In this document: one piece after another, positions 1 to 8,816 of the stretch
Layout of the letters: each line of letters starts with the position of its first letter
How positions within the stretch are numbered: the first letter of the stretch is position 1
Virus record (IMG/VR): IMGVR_UViG_3300033072_000529
DNA length: 64,000 bases
Strand: one strand, 5' to 3'
Source: a virus
Taxonomy: Duplodnaviria > Caudoviricetes
The notes under the pieces: model-generated
Told to the model about the DNA's origin: nothing
Database searches by the model: none
Seen by the model: only the letters and a program-made list of their open reading frames with translations
Made by a program: the position numbers and the translations under genes

Positions 1-1214
1 GTTTCGCAAACTTCATTATGGATATACAAAAACAATGGGCATATGCTATAAAGTCCACGTTTATAACACATTTAAAACTACGGGGTAAAAAACTATCTCA
101 ACTAGCTCGATCATTGAAAATGGGAGATGTGGAAATATCCATGAAAGGTGATACAAAAGAGAAAACCACCGTGGGCGCTGTATATTTAAAAGATTCCACC
201 AACTGGGATAATACCTGCTGGGATAATATTCGCCAGTTAGACACAGCCATATTGACACATATTGATACACAATTATCGCAAGCTACAGAAGCATATAATA
301 TGATATCAGCTTCAATACATGAGAGCTTGGATAAACGGGAGGCTTTGATAGAAAATATCAAGCAATTGGATTCACAAGCAGTGGATATAATTGATGAGAA
401 TGTCGAGAATAATAAACTCATTCTAGACTTCTTAAATCGCAGCATATCAGATTTGATTGCCGAGCAGAATCAGCACGCAGAGCGGATAGATCAATTATCT
501 GCTATGAAGAATGATAGTGAATCTTGGTGGGAGCAATATGATTTGAAGGAAGAAGATTTAGATGTGATGCTGAATCCTCCAACACAGTTCTACACTATTC
601 GCCAACAACAACTACGTATTCAACAAACTGATAATTATAGTACTATGACTGCTAATGATTTAGTATCTAATACTTTGATGCAAAAAGAATGCCTAGGTTG
701 GGATGATAAAAAGGTATTAGCAAATAGACGCTTCTTAATCAATGATGCCGCTTTACGTTGGATGCTGGCTAATGTGGAAGCTAATGGTCCTGATTTCCGT
801 GAAAAAGCATTGAAAGAAATGCAAGGTGCTACCTCAGGGGAAGATGTAGACTTTGGTGGTATGGGTGGAGGCGGAGGTAGCTTACCATCCGGCGATACTA
901 ATTTACCAGAATTTGGGGCACCCCCTGGAGGGGAAAATGCAGAAGGAGCAGCACCCGAAGGCGCGGCACCTCAAGCTGCCCCTGCGGATAATACCCAAGC
1001 TGCCCCGCCTAAAGCAGAATCAGTTATACATGTGAAAGGTATCCCTAATCCTTGGGGATTAACACCTGATAATATATACACTGTTGATATAAATCCTATG
1101 GTAGAGGGTCTGAATGCTGATATGCAACAATTATTAGAATCAACTGAGATAGATGATATCTATAAAAACAGCACCAACGCTCGATTCGTGCATCCCGTTT
1201 TAAGCCATAAATAA
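1..1214 (+). CDS. 20: Portal vertex protein, T4 gp20-like (5' truncated by window edge), with ~145-aa helical insertion
   Basis: Frame is open from position 3 (FANFIMDIQKQWAYAIKSTFITHLKLRG...WWEQYDLKEEDLDVMLNPPTQFY...LGWDDKKVLANR), resembling the gp20 C-terminal region; followed by a Gly/Pro/Ala-rich tail; adjacent to gp13. Confidence 0.8.
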   Translation, partial: FANFIMDIQKQWAYAIKSTFITHLKLRGKKLSQLARSLKMGDVEISMKGDTKEKTTVGAVYLKDSTNWDNTCWDNIRQLDTAILTHIDTQLSQATEAYNMISASIHESLDKREALIENIKQLDSQAVDIIDENVENNKLILDFLNRSISDLIAEQNQHAERIDQLSAMKNDSESWWEQYDLKEEDLDVMLNPPTQFYTIRQQQLRIQQTDNYSTMTANDLVSNTLMQKECLGWDDKKVLANRRFLINDAALRWMLANVEANGPDFREKALKEMQGATSGEDVDFGGMGGGGGSLPSGDTNLPEFGAPPGGENAEGAAPEGAAPQAAPADNTQAAPPKAESVIHVKGIPNPWGLTPDNIYTVDINPMVEGLNADMQQLLESTEIDDIYKNSTNARFVHPVLSHK

Positions 1215-1221
1215 TATTCAG

Positions 1222-3330
1222 ATGGCAAATTCAAATCCAGTATTACCAGAAGGATGGGCCGGGTCAACTCATCTTGATCCGACTATCAGATCATATCGTG
1301 ATTTAGTATTACGATCCAAGTCTTTTCTAGGATATCCAGTACACGACGATGAATTACCTGCATCGACATGGGCAATGATCATCGATAATGCCTGTGAGAT
1401 ATATCAAGCCTGGGAAGGTTCTCGTAAAGAAGAATACCTAGTATTCTGCGCGGATTTGTATCAACCAGGATGCGGGGTTAAACTAGATGAACTTATCCAA
1501 GTAGGATGTAATAAAAATAGATGCGAACAAACCACAATAGTAGAGACAATAACATCATATCAAATAACATGTGATCCTATTGAAACTCGAACCGCATATT
1601 TATCCGTAACACCCTTTGTATATCCCTATGATGTTAAATATGCCACTCGTTTTGAAGATATTAAGCCTGAATTCACTGGCGTACAAGGGCAAAATATTCA
1701 TATATTCTTTGATCCGAAAAATCCTTGGAAAGCATCCAATGTATGTGCTGCTAACTGTGTGAATATTGCCCCTGTTAGTTCACAGTGGTATCAACTATCA
1801 GGTAATCATTGCTTATCTGCAACTGTTTTTGATTTCGTAAATGATTCGACTTTAACCAGTTATATATCAGCTATATCTAGCACCATAGTAGATTATCCGT
1901 TGTCTGCTGTCCCGTTGTCATCTATGGGTGTATCATTGACTGCTATTCCCATTACTCATTATCCTCTGGAGTGCTTCTATCCTGCTAATGAAAATATAGG
2001 CCCTCCACTACAAGCATGTATCAATATAGGGGGTGGATTAGGATATGTCACTCCTAGTTGTGGTCCGCTGAATTATTGCGAACCATTATCTGCACAGTTT
2101 AATATCTCCCCATCTTGGAACTATATCTTAACAGCAATCAATTTAACAAGTACTTGCGTAGCAACATCTTCCATACAAGTTCATAATGTTAGTAGTTATT
2201 TCCAACAATATTGCCAGTGCAATGGTATAACATTGGTATCATCTATAAACTACACGGCGTCTGCCTATTGCTATGATTTATATAAAGCTGTATTATCAGG
2301 TTCCGATGGTTTGATTGTTCCTGTATCGGCACTAGATATATCTAAAGCCTCCCATGTTAAATTATGGGATATTCCGTCATGCACTAATGATGGAAGTATA
2401 CCATTGGATTATAACGATGGTGTTAAGAGTACCTTCACTGTATGTAATTCCGCATTTTCTACCTCAGGACCGATGCTACTGGAACACGTACAATTCTTCA
2501 AAGATTATAAACCACCTCTGGAAGCATTAGATTGGTACTGCGGTATCAATAATAATGGATTCACTATGAGTTTCTATAATAGTGCATATGGTGAATGTAT
2601 AAGACATACCCCTGAAAAAGTTAAGGTAGATGTTACCTTTTGTAAACAACAAACTACCACACAAGTCGGGCAAGTTAGTACTGTTCATTATTCATCTTAT
2701 GATGAGGGATTGGGGCAAACTCGCAAGGTTCTTGGTGTATATAGTGTTGATCCCCCAAGTGGCGGATATTATGGAGGTTCCAGCGATCTTTTGTTTAACT
2801 TCGATTATGCTATTATGGCAGGAGCATTTGGCTATGATATATCATCAGGTACACGTAGTACCATGCTGAAACAATCGGGATATGATCTAGTCACATATCA
2901 TTTAGCTAAGTCTTTTGTGGAGCAAACTAGAAAGATGCTTAGATATACATCATATACATATGATCCGTATACTCAACGTCTAAAAATCATACCAGAACCC
3001 ACCGGTAGCTATAGGGGCGGGAGTGCTATAGGTGATGATTCATCTTGTTGCGCAGTTCGTTCCAATCAATGTTATATGGTGGGTGTATATCTATCTCCCA
3101 CAGTTGAAGAAATGTTGAGCACATATTGGGTGCAGGAATATGTTTTAGCTAAAGCTAAAACCATTATTGGTACTATGCGTTCCAAATATGGTAATAATCG
3201 TTTAGGCGATGGTACAACCATAGATGGTTCTGCTATGTTGGCAGAAGGAAATGAACGTATCAAAGAACTCATGAAAGAACTACGGGATGATCTATATTAT
3301 AACTCTGGCCCATTGTACTATATAGGGTAA
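1222..3330 (+). CDS. 13: Neck protein, T4 gp13-like, with large Cys-rich insertion
   Basis: N-terminal LGYPVHDDEL...IIDNACEIY and C-terminal WVQEYVLAKAKTIIGTMRSKY...GTTIDGSAMLAEGNERIKEL are gp13 hallmarks; TAAATA at 1208-1213. Confidence 0.85.
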   Translation: MANSNPVLPEGWAGSTHLDPTIRSYRDLVLRSKSFLGYPVHDDELPASTWAMIIDNACEIYQAWEGSRKEEYLVFCADLYQPGCGVKLDELIQVGCNKNRCEQTTIVETITSYQITCDPIETRTAYLSVTPFVYPYDVKYATRFEDIKPEFTGVQGQNIHIFFDPKNPWKASNVCAANCVNIAPVSSQWYQLSGNHCLSATVFDFVNDSTLTSYISAISSTIVDYPLSAVPLSSMGVSLTAIPITHYPLECFYPANENIGPPLQACINIGGGLGYVTPSCGPLNYCEPLSAQFNISPSWNYILTAINLTSTCVATSSIQVHNVSSYFQQYCQCNGITLVSSINYTASAYCYDLYKAVLSGSDGLIVPVSALDISKASHVKLWDIPSCTNDGSIPLDYNDGVKSTFTVCNSAFSTSGPMLLEHVQFFKDYKPPLEALDWYCGINNNGFTMSFYNSAYGECIRHTPEKVKVDVTFCKQQTTTQVGQVSTVHYSSYDEGLGQTRKVLGVYSVDPPSGGYYGGSSDLLFNFDYAIMAGAFGYDISSGTRSTMLKQSGYDLVTYHLAKSFVEQTRKMLRYTSYTYDPYTQRLKIIPEPTGSYRGGSAIGDDSSCCAVRSNQCYMVGVYLSPTVEEMLSTYWVQEYVLAKAKTIIGTMRSKYGNNRLGDGTTIDGSAMLAEGNERIKELMKELRDDLYYNSGPLYYIG

Positions 3331-3347
3331 TTCAATTAAATACATTT

Positions 3348-3659
3348 ATGGCAAGTCGGTTTAATACATACATAGAACAAGTTTACAGAATGATCGAAGA
3401 ATCCAAACGCCCTAAATGTACAGGGCCTGGTTTACCAGAACTATCATCTAAACGTGGTTATAAATTCTCTAGATGTGTAGAGAACCCATATTCTGATGGT
3501 TATAAAAGAATATTCTACGGTAAAGTAGGAAAAAAGACTAACATCGCTAAATGTCTAAAAAATATGCCTCAAGCAGGAACAGGCAAATATGAAGATTGTA
3601 AGCTGGCTATACGAGCATGGAAACGCCGATTGGCTCTTAAACGGGCGAAAAAGGCATAA
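3348..3659 (+). CDS. Small basic late protein (four Cys) with N-terminal tag SRFNTYIEQVYRMIEE
   Basis: 103-aa ORF; TAAATA 5 nt upstream of ATG. Confidence 0.7.
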   Translation: MASRFNTYIEQVYRMIEESKRPKCTGPGLPELSSKRGYKFSRCVENPYSDGYKRIFYGKVGKKTNIAKCLKNMPQAGTGKYEDCKLAIRAWKRRLALKRAKKA

Positions 3660-3689
3660 ATAATTGTTTAGTACTATAAGTAGTACCAT

Positions 3690-3884
3690 ATGCTAATCAC
3701 AGAACTAATGTTGTTGTCCAGTGATCTACTTCCTTGTAAATTAAAGGAAAAAAAGATGTTTAATAAACAGACTAGCTGCTATAATATAAAACAGAATTAT
3801 AGTAAAAAATCTGATCCTATCCGGTCTAATACGGTGGAGCGCGATCCTCCACCGGATCAATCTACTTTAACTACATCTCCATAA
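3690..3884 (+). CDS. Possible small late protein (may instead be a non-coding structured region)
   Basis: TAAGTA 7 nt before ATG; no recognisable motif; overlaps the end of the PAS gene and a GC hairpin. Confidence 0.3.
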   Translation: MLITELMLLSSDLLPCKLKEKKMFNKQTSCYNIKQNYSKKSDPIRSNTVERDPPPDQSTLTTSP

Positions 3885-4501
3885 TAACTAAGAATTTTTC
3901 CATCTATGGCAGTGAGCGCCATAGCAGAACTTCTAACCCTGATATATGATTTACCATCAGGTGATATTATATTAAATTCGTCTTCATAAGGTATACGGTG
4001 TTCTATATATCTTTTCCAATTTAACCAGACATCCATTCGCTCATCATCTTTAACAGCCGTCAGCCAACCATTATCTAACATAGCATCTTTGGATAATCCG
4101 AATATCTCGACCATGGTATTATTAACCCAGGTCCATTTTCCATTGGCATCACATTCATATTGTCCTATAGGTAGATATTTGTCCGCTATCATCTTAGAAC
4201 GCAATTCACTTAGACGAACAGCATTGTCTATACGAGTAATCTGATCCTTTATAGATTTACCCGAATTCTTAGAGAACTCATATTGAAATGATTCCATGAA
4301 CGGTAATACCCGGTTATTCAACAACTCTAAAGTAGCATCAAGTTTATTAGGCATCGCATCTGCTCTTTTATAGAAATTAACAACTTTTTCCCATATAGGC
4401 TTAAATACCCCTTTCACTATTATTATAATAGTTCCAATAATAGTTATGGCTGATACGATCAAGGTAAACCAATCGTTTAAATCATGCGGGAGTTCTAGCA
4501 T
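3857..4501 (-). CDS. Membrane-anchored PAS-domain protein (candidate holin or lysis regulator)
   Basis: N-terminal TM helix (WFTLIVSAITIIGTIIIIV), helical linker, PAS-like YECDANGKWTWVN...GWLTAVKDDER...YEDEFNIISPDG...DGKILSYYG; TATAAATA 5 nt upstream. Confidence 0.75.
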   Translation of the reverse strand: MLELPHDLNDWFTLIVSAITIIGTIIIIVKGVFKPIWEKVVNFYKRADAMPNKLDATLELLNNRVLPFMESFQYEFSKNSGKSIKDQITRIDNAVRLSELRSKMIADKYLPIGQYECDANGKWTWVNNTMVEIFGLSKDAMLDNGWLTAVKDDERMDVWLNWKRYIEHRIPYEDEFNIISPDGKSYIRVRSSAMALTAIDGKILSYYGDVVKVD

Positions 4502-4506
4502 AATAT

Positions 4507-4518
4507 TATTTATAAGTA
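4507..4518. promoter_or_regulatory. Overlapping divergent late promoters (TATTTATAAGTA)
   Basis: Minus-strand TATAAATA before the 4501 start and plus-strand TAAGTA before the 4524 start. Confidence 0.6.
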
Positions 4519-4523
4519 TTTAG

Positions 4524-4727
4524 ATGGATAAGATTTTTGCATTATTACAATACGTAACTAATATATGGGCGCAAATTTGCGGATTATATAACTTGTTTTT
4601 CCAGAAAAAACCTGATCCAAAAATCAGAGAGAATAAAATAAAGACGCAAGTTGAGGAAGAAAAAAAAGTCAGCAACTTAGTCAAAGATGCCCAAGTTGCT
4701 GACCTTAATAAAGAGCTAATGAATTAA
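4524..4727 (+). CDS. Small protein with hydrophobic N-terminus and charged helix (possible i-spanin-like)
   Basis: 67 aa; TAAGTA 5 nt upstream; function is inference only. Confidence 0.5.
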   Translation: MDKIFALLQYVTNIWAQICGLYNLFFQKKPDPKIRENKIKTQVEEEKKVSNLVKDAQVADLNKELMN

Positions 4728-7700
4728 GCAGGTTCTATTATAAACCATGCCACATCACTAGCATCACTAGCATTGGTACTGGTGATAGCAAATGATGTAC
4801 CCGCAGTTCTAGCTGATATATATGGAGATCCAACATTTGTTAATGTTCCACCATTAACAGTTAAGAATATGCGACTATTAGCAGTCACTTTAGTGGTACT
4901 AACAGTTGCAGTTCCGCCTACCAAGGTCACTATACCAGATGTAGCATTTGATCCTTCTTTTATATAGAGTCCCTTACCAGCAGTTCCTATGTATAAATCA
5001 GTGGCTAATACCAATGGTCCAGTAGCAGATAATGTTGCTCTGGTGGTTCCATCAGTTTGCAGATTCATATCTCTAGCAGTTCCACCCCCTGACCCTTTTT
5101 CTGTACCAACATTCAGAGCATTGCCAGACCATTCCAGTTTACCCCGTTCATATTTGGTTGTTGATGTGTAGGTATTATATATACGGAAGATTTGAGCATT
5201 AGTACTATTACGTTGTGCCATGGCACCTATAGCATCACATGCTAATACAGTACCGAAGTTTCCGCCGTTCCCGACCGATCCATTGGCATTTCTCCAACAA
5301 AAACCTGCATCTAATCCTACCATTAGGTATGAATTACCACCGGGCAATCCGTTATCTGAAAGAACCATACGTTCCCCTGTATTAACAATGAACTGCATTA
5401 ATCCACCGTTGCCAGCACCAAAACCTACTGCACCCGATTGGGTGGCGATCCAAGGTTTGTTATAATCAACATCAGATCGTATTTGTATAACATTTGAGAA
5501 TGCTGAGTTATTCACAGATGAATCTATCATTAATTTACCAGTAGGAGCGGCTGCACCCTGTATCGGAAGATCATATATTCTCCAATCTACAGGCATGGAT
5601 GTTGCGGGTGCAGTTGATTTATATCCTTGTCCGCTAAAATGTAAGGCTGGAGATGTCTGTTGTGCCGCATTTCCTGCTGATATTGTATTGGTTAATAATA
5701 TACCATCTGCTGCACTGGTTCCCAGACGTAATCGGGTGACGCTGAGTGCGCCCATACCAGTCAAAGTACCAGAACTACTCAAACTCAATGCGGATAAGTT
5801 ATACACCCCTCCACCAGTTATATACGCACTATTGGCATTCTGTAAGGACATTGTACCCAGCATACTATTATCCCATGATGCCGAATTAGTTAGGACAGTA
5901 GTATATACCGATATATTGTTAGCTGATTGATTACCAAATACAGTGCTAACTTCATCCCATGCAGATGTTGTGGCATTATACCAGTATCCGCCTGAAAGAC
6001 TATTGTATCGAAGAATATTGGCATCTACAGGATTAGTTAATATTACATTGTGTAATTCGTTCAAGGTATCATGTTCATCTATATCAACGAACAAATCGAT
6101 TAAGTTGTTGGGGGATGAGCCTCCAGTAGCTACTACCATACCTACCCGTACTATGTGATTAGGTTTAGTAGGAGGTATATTGGTCAACATACCAGGAGTA
6201 GTGGATAGGTATAATACATCCCCTTCTATAAATTCAGACGTGCCTACGTTTATACTGTGCACAATACCCCGTTTAGTGACATATCCCACATCGGTTCCAT
6301 CACCCATTATACTACTGGTGGTCACACCAAATACAACACTGGCAGCACTAGCAGTATAGGATGCATCTGCTAATGCCACTGAGGGTAATGCAATACCGAA
6401 TCCGAATCCTTGTAAATATACCACTCGACCATTGGCTATCGTTGATCCCGTATTATTACACATGCGGGCAACTTCCTCTTGGCCTAAATTAATAGTCACT
6501 CCCGGTATCTCATTATAATATGATAATGTGTGCGATGAGTTATCATAGAACACTATTCCTTCTTTTCTTTCGGGAGCACCCCCATTAGCAAATTGAATAG
6601 CATTGAAATTCGCAGACAATGCGGATAATGTCGATAAGGTGGATAGCGGACCATATAATTGTCCTCCATTAACAGTGTAGAAATTTGCACTATTGGCTTG
6701 TGCCCAAGCAGTGAAAATTGGATCAGTTTCCGTACCACTTCCCGCCCAAGACGCAGAGTTGGATAACACGGTATTATATGAATTATTCCATTGAACAGAA
6801 TTACCGTTGGGCGCATATATAGGGCCAGTTACAATCACTGGACTATTAATTAAGGTATTTGCGGATACTCCTGGTGTTATAACCAAATCCTCATTTGGAG
6901 CTACACCATTAGCGGTAATAGACGGGCCATATGTACCATCACCTAATCGCATACCTAATTCGCCTAACAGTATTTGCTTCCAGCGTTTATCGTTTGGGCG
7001 ACCCAGGTAATATTGATTATCCTCTCCCCAAACACTGGATGCCAGCCCTAATTCTTTTTGCGCTCCATACCACACCCCAGTATGCCCATCGCCAGTAAAA
7101 TACATTCTATCACCGGAGAATCTAATATCCGACCGTTGGGACATGCCACCAAATCGGGCCATATCCTTTACCAATATCATACCATCCCCAGCGGGATTTA
7201 TGGTTATGTTATTATTACCATCCGATGTTGATATAGTTAATGGATTTCCTAATTCGGTGGTGATATTATTAGCCGTAATATTTGGAGAACTAGTGTATAA
7301 CCAAGACGCAGAGTTAGTATTGACAGTAGTATATGTATTATTCCACATAACAGTGGATAATGGCGGCACTTCTGACCAAGTTGCAGAATTATTAGTAACT
7401 GTATTAAATGTATTATTCCATTGTGTTGAATTACCTCCTGTAGCTACTATAGTACCATCTACATCCAATGCATGCGCAGGATCAGCTATACCTATACCTA
7501 CATTACCATCAGATGTAACTGTGAAACGATTAGCATACGTTGATCCGTTGAAATCACCAACTACGAATTTAGTAGGACCATTTGTAGAGTTTATTATAAA
7601 TTCTCCGCCTCCTGGTGGAGTGAAACCTGTACCTGGATGAGCTGTGCCGAATAATTGAAAATATGATCCTAATATATTAGTCCCATCAAAACCGCCATAT

Positions 7701-8413
7701 ACCCCTGCAACTACATTGGTAGTATATCCAACACATGCTAAACCAGATGAGCGAGTGCTTAATATATTTCCTAATACTTCTATATTATTAACTATTTCTA
7801 CAGTATCAAACACTGCTACATCAGGTGTATCAACCCCTATGGGACCAGGAGATGCAGGATCGAATGGAACTGCCGATAGTTGCCATATAGATGAATTAGC
7901 TAACACTGTAGTATATGTATCATTCCATATGGCCGATGCTGGATATATATCCGTGAAATTACTTCGGAATTTAGCAACATCCGCTGCATTTAGACGTTCC
8001 AATATATTTCCCACGTTATCGATGAAATATACAGTGCTGGCACCTACGTATAATGTACCGGTTGATATAGTCGGAACACTCAGATTACCAACCATTGTAT
8101 CACCCGATATATTAACATATCGAGCATCAGCAGTTGCATTAGTTAGATATGACGATGAATTGGTATTGAATGATGTATATACATCTTGCCAATTACTAGA
8201 TGCAGAATAAACTGTATTGGTGGTGTTGCACGCAGATAACCAGCATGCACTATTAGTTCTGACGGTATTATTAACTAGTTCGTCATCGGAACCAGAGTAG
8301 TCTTCTAATGTCTGTAATATCAATGATGATACAGACGGCACAAATTCGATTATCTGTGACGTTAATACAGGTCTGCTCAGGGTGGTTACTTTTAATGTTG
8401 GAGGACAAGACAC
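4724..8413 (-). CDS. Tail fibre / virion appendage protein
   Basis: 1229 aa, S/T/N/G-rich; ARYVNISGDTMVGNL and GNVGIGIADPAHALDVDG fibre motifs; repeated WNxTYTTVxxNSAxW shaft units; GTG start 5 nt after TAAATA. Confidence 0.8.
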   Translation of the reverse strand: MSCPPTLKVTTLSRPVLTSQIIEFVPSVSSLILQTLEDYSGSDDELVNNTVRTNSACWLSACNTTNTVYSASSNWQDVYTSFNTNSSSYLTNATADARYVNISGDTMVGNLSVPTISTGTLYVGASTVYFIDNVGNILERLNAADVAKFRSNFTDIYPASAIWNDTYTTVLANSSIWQLSAVPFDPASPGPIGVDTPDVAVFDTVEIVNNIEVLGNILSTRSSGLACVGYTTNVVAGVYGGFDGTNILGSYFQLFGTAHPGTGFTPPGGGEFIINSTNGPTKFVVGDFNGSTYANRFTVTSDGNVGIGIADPAHALDVDGTIVATGGNSTQWNNTFNTVTNNSATWSEVPPLSTVMWNNTYTTVNTNSASWLYTSSPNITANNITTELGNPLTISTSDGNNNITINPAGDGMILVKDMARFGGMSQRSDIRFSGDRMYFTGDGHTGVWYGAQKELGLASSVWGEDNQYYLGRPNDKRWKQILLGELGMRLGDGTYGPSITANGVAPNEDLVITPGVSANTLINSPVIVTGPIYAPNGNSVQWNNSYNTVLSNSASWAGSGTETDPIFTAWAQANSANFYTVNGGQLYGPLSTLSTLSALSANFNAIQFANGGAPERKEGIVFYDNSSHTLSYYNEIPGVTINLGQEEVARMCNNTGSTIANGRVVYLQGFGFGIALPSVALADASYTASAASVVFGVTTSSIMGDGTDVGYVTKRGIVHSINVGTSEFIEGDVLYLSTTPGMLTNIPPTKPNHIVRVGMVVATGGSSPNNLIDLFVDIDEHDTLNELHNVILTNPVDANILRYNSLSGGYWYNATTSAWDEVSTVFGNQSANNISVYTTVLTNSASWDNSMLGTMSLQNANSAYITGGGVYNLSALSLSSSGTLTGMGALSVTRLRLGTSAADGILLTNTISAGNAAQQTSPALHFSGQGYKSTAPATSMPVDWRIYDLPIQGAAAPTGKLMIDSSVNNSAFSNVIQIRSDVDYNKPWIATQSGAVGFGAGNGGLMQFIVNTGERMVLSDNGLPGGNSYLMVGLDAGFCWRNANGSVGNGGNFGTVLACDAIGAMAQRNSTNAQIFRIYNTYTSTTKYERGKLEWSGNALNVGTEKGSGGGTARDMNLQTDGTTRATLSATGPLVLATDLYIGTAGKGLYIKEGSNATSGIVTLVGGTATVSTTKVTANSRIFLTVNGGTLTNVGSPYISARTAGTSFAITSTNASDASDVAWFIIEPA

Positions 8414-8442
8414 ATTAGTATTTAACTATTAATGCCTTTATA

Positions 8443-8802
8443 TTACGTACAATCAATTGATAGTTTTTGATATTCGTATGCTATACCCTTACCTGCACTT
8501 AGAGTGATGCTAGTCAACGGTGCATACCATGTATATCCAGCAGGGAAAGAGAATCCGTTATAAGTTGATGGATTAACCGCATATATACTGTTACCACAAT
8601 AATCAACTGTACGAAATGCTGCACTTGTTATTGTAGTAGCTTGGGTGAAATCTATTTGATAAAACACGTATGCGGAATTAGTCGGCGTGAATGTACCTAC
8701 GCCTGATAATGCAACTTGTCCGTGCCCACCGTATTGCAACTCTTGTGCGAATAGCATACGACGTTCTGGTGCAGTTAAATGAATACTTGGTTGTAAATAC
8801 AT
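8443..8802 (-). CDS. Hypothetical late (likely virion) beta-rich protein
   Basis: 119-aa ORF with TATAAATA 6 nt upstream. Confidence 0.6.
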   Translation of the reverse strand: MYLQPSIHLTAPERRMLFAQELQYGGHGQVALSGVGTFTPTNSAYVFYQIDFTQATTITSAAFRTVDYCGNSIYAVNPSTYNGFSFPAGYTWYAPLTSITLSAGKGIAYEYQKLSIDCT

Positions 8803-8816
8803 ATAATTATTTATAG

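Noticed and set aside
4773-8210. Many plus-strand ORFs inside the tail fibre gene
   Set aside because: Antisense shadows of a low-complexity S/T/N/G-rich gene, with no promoters or motifs.
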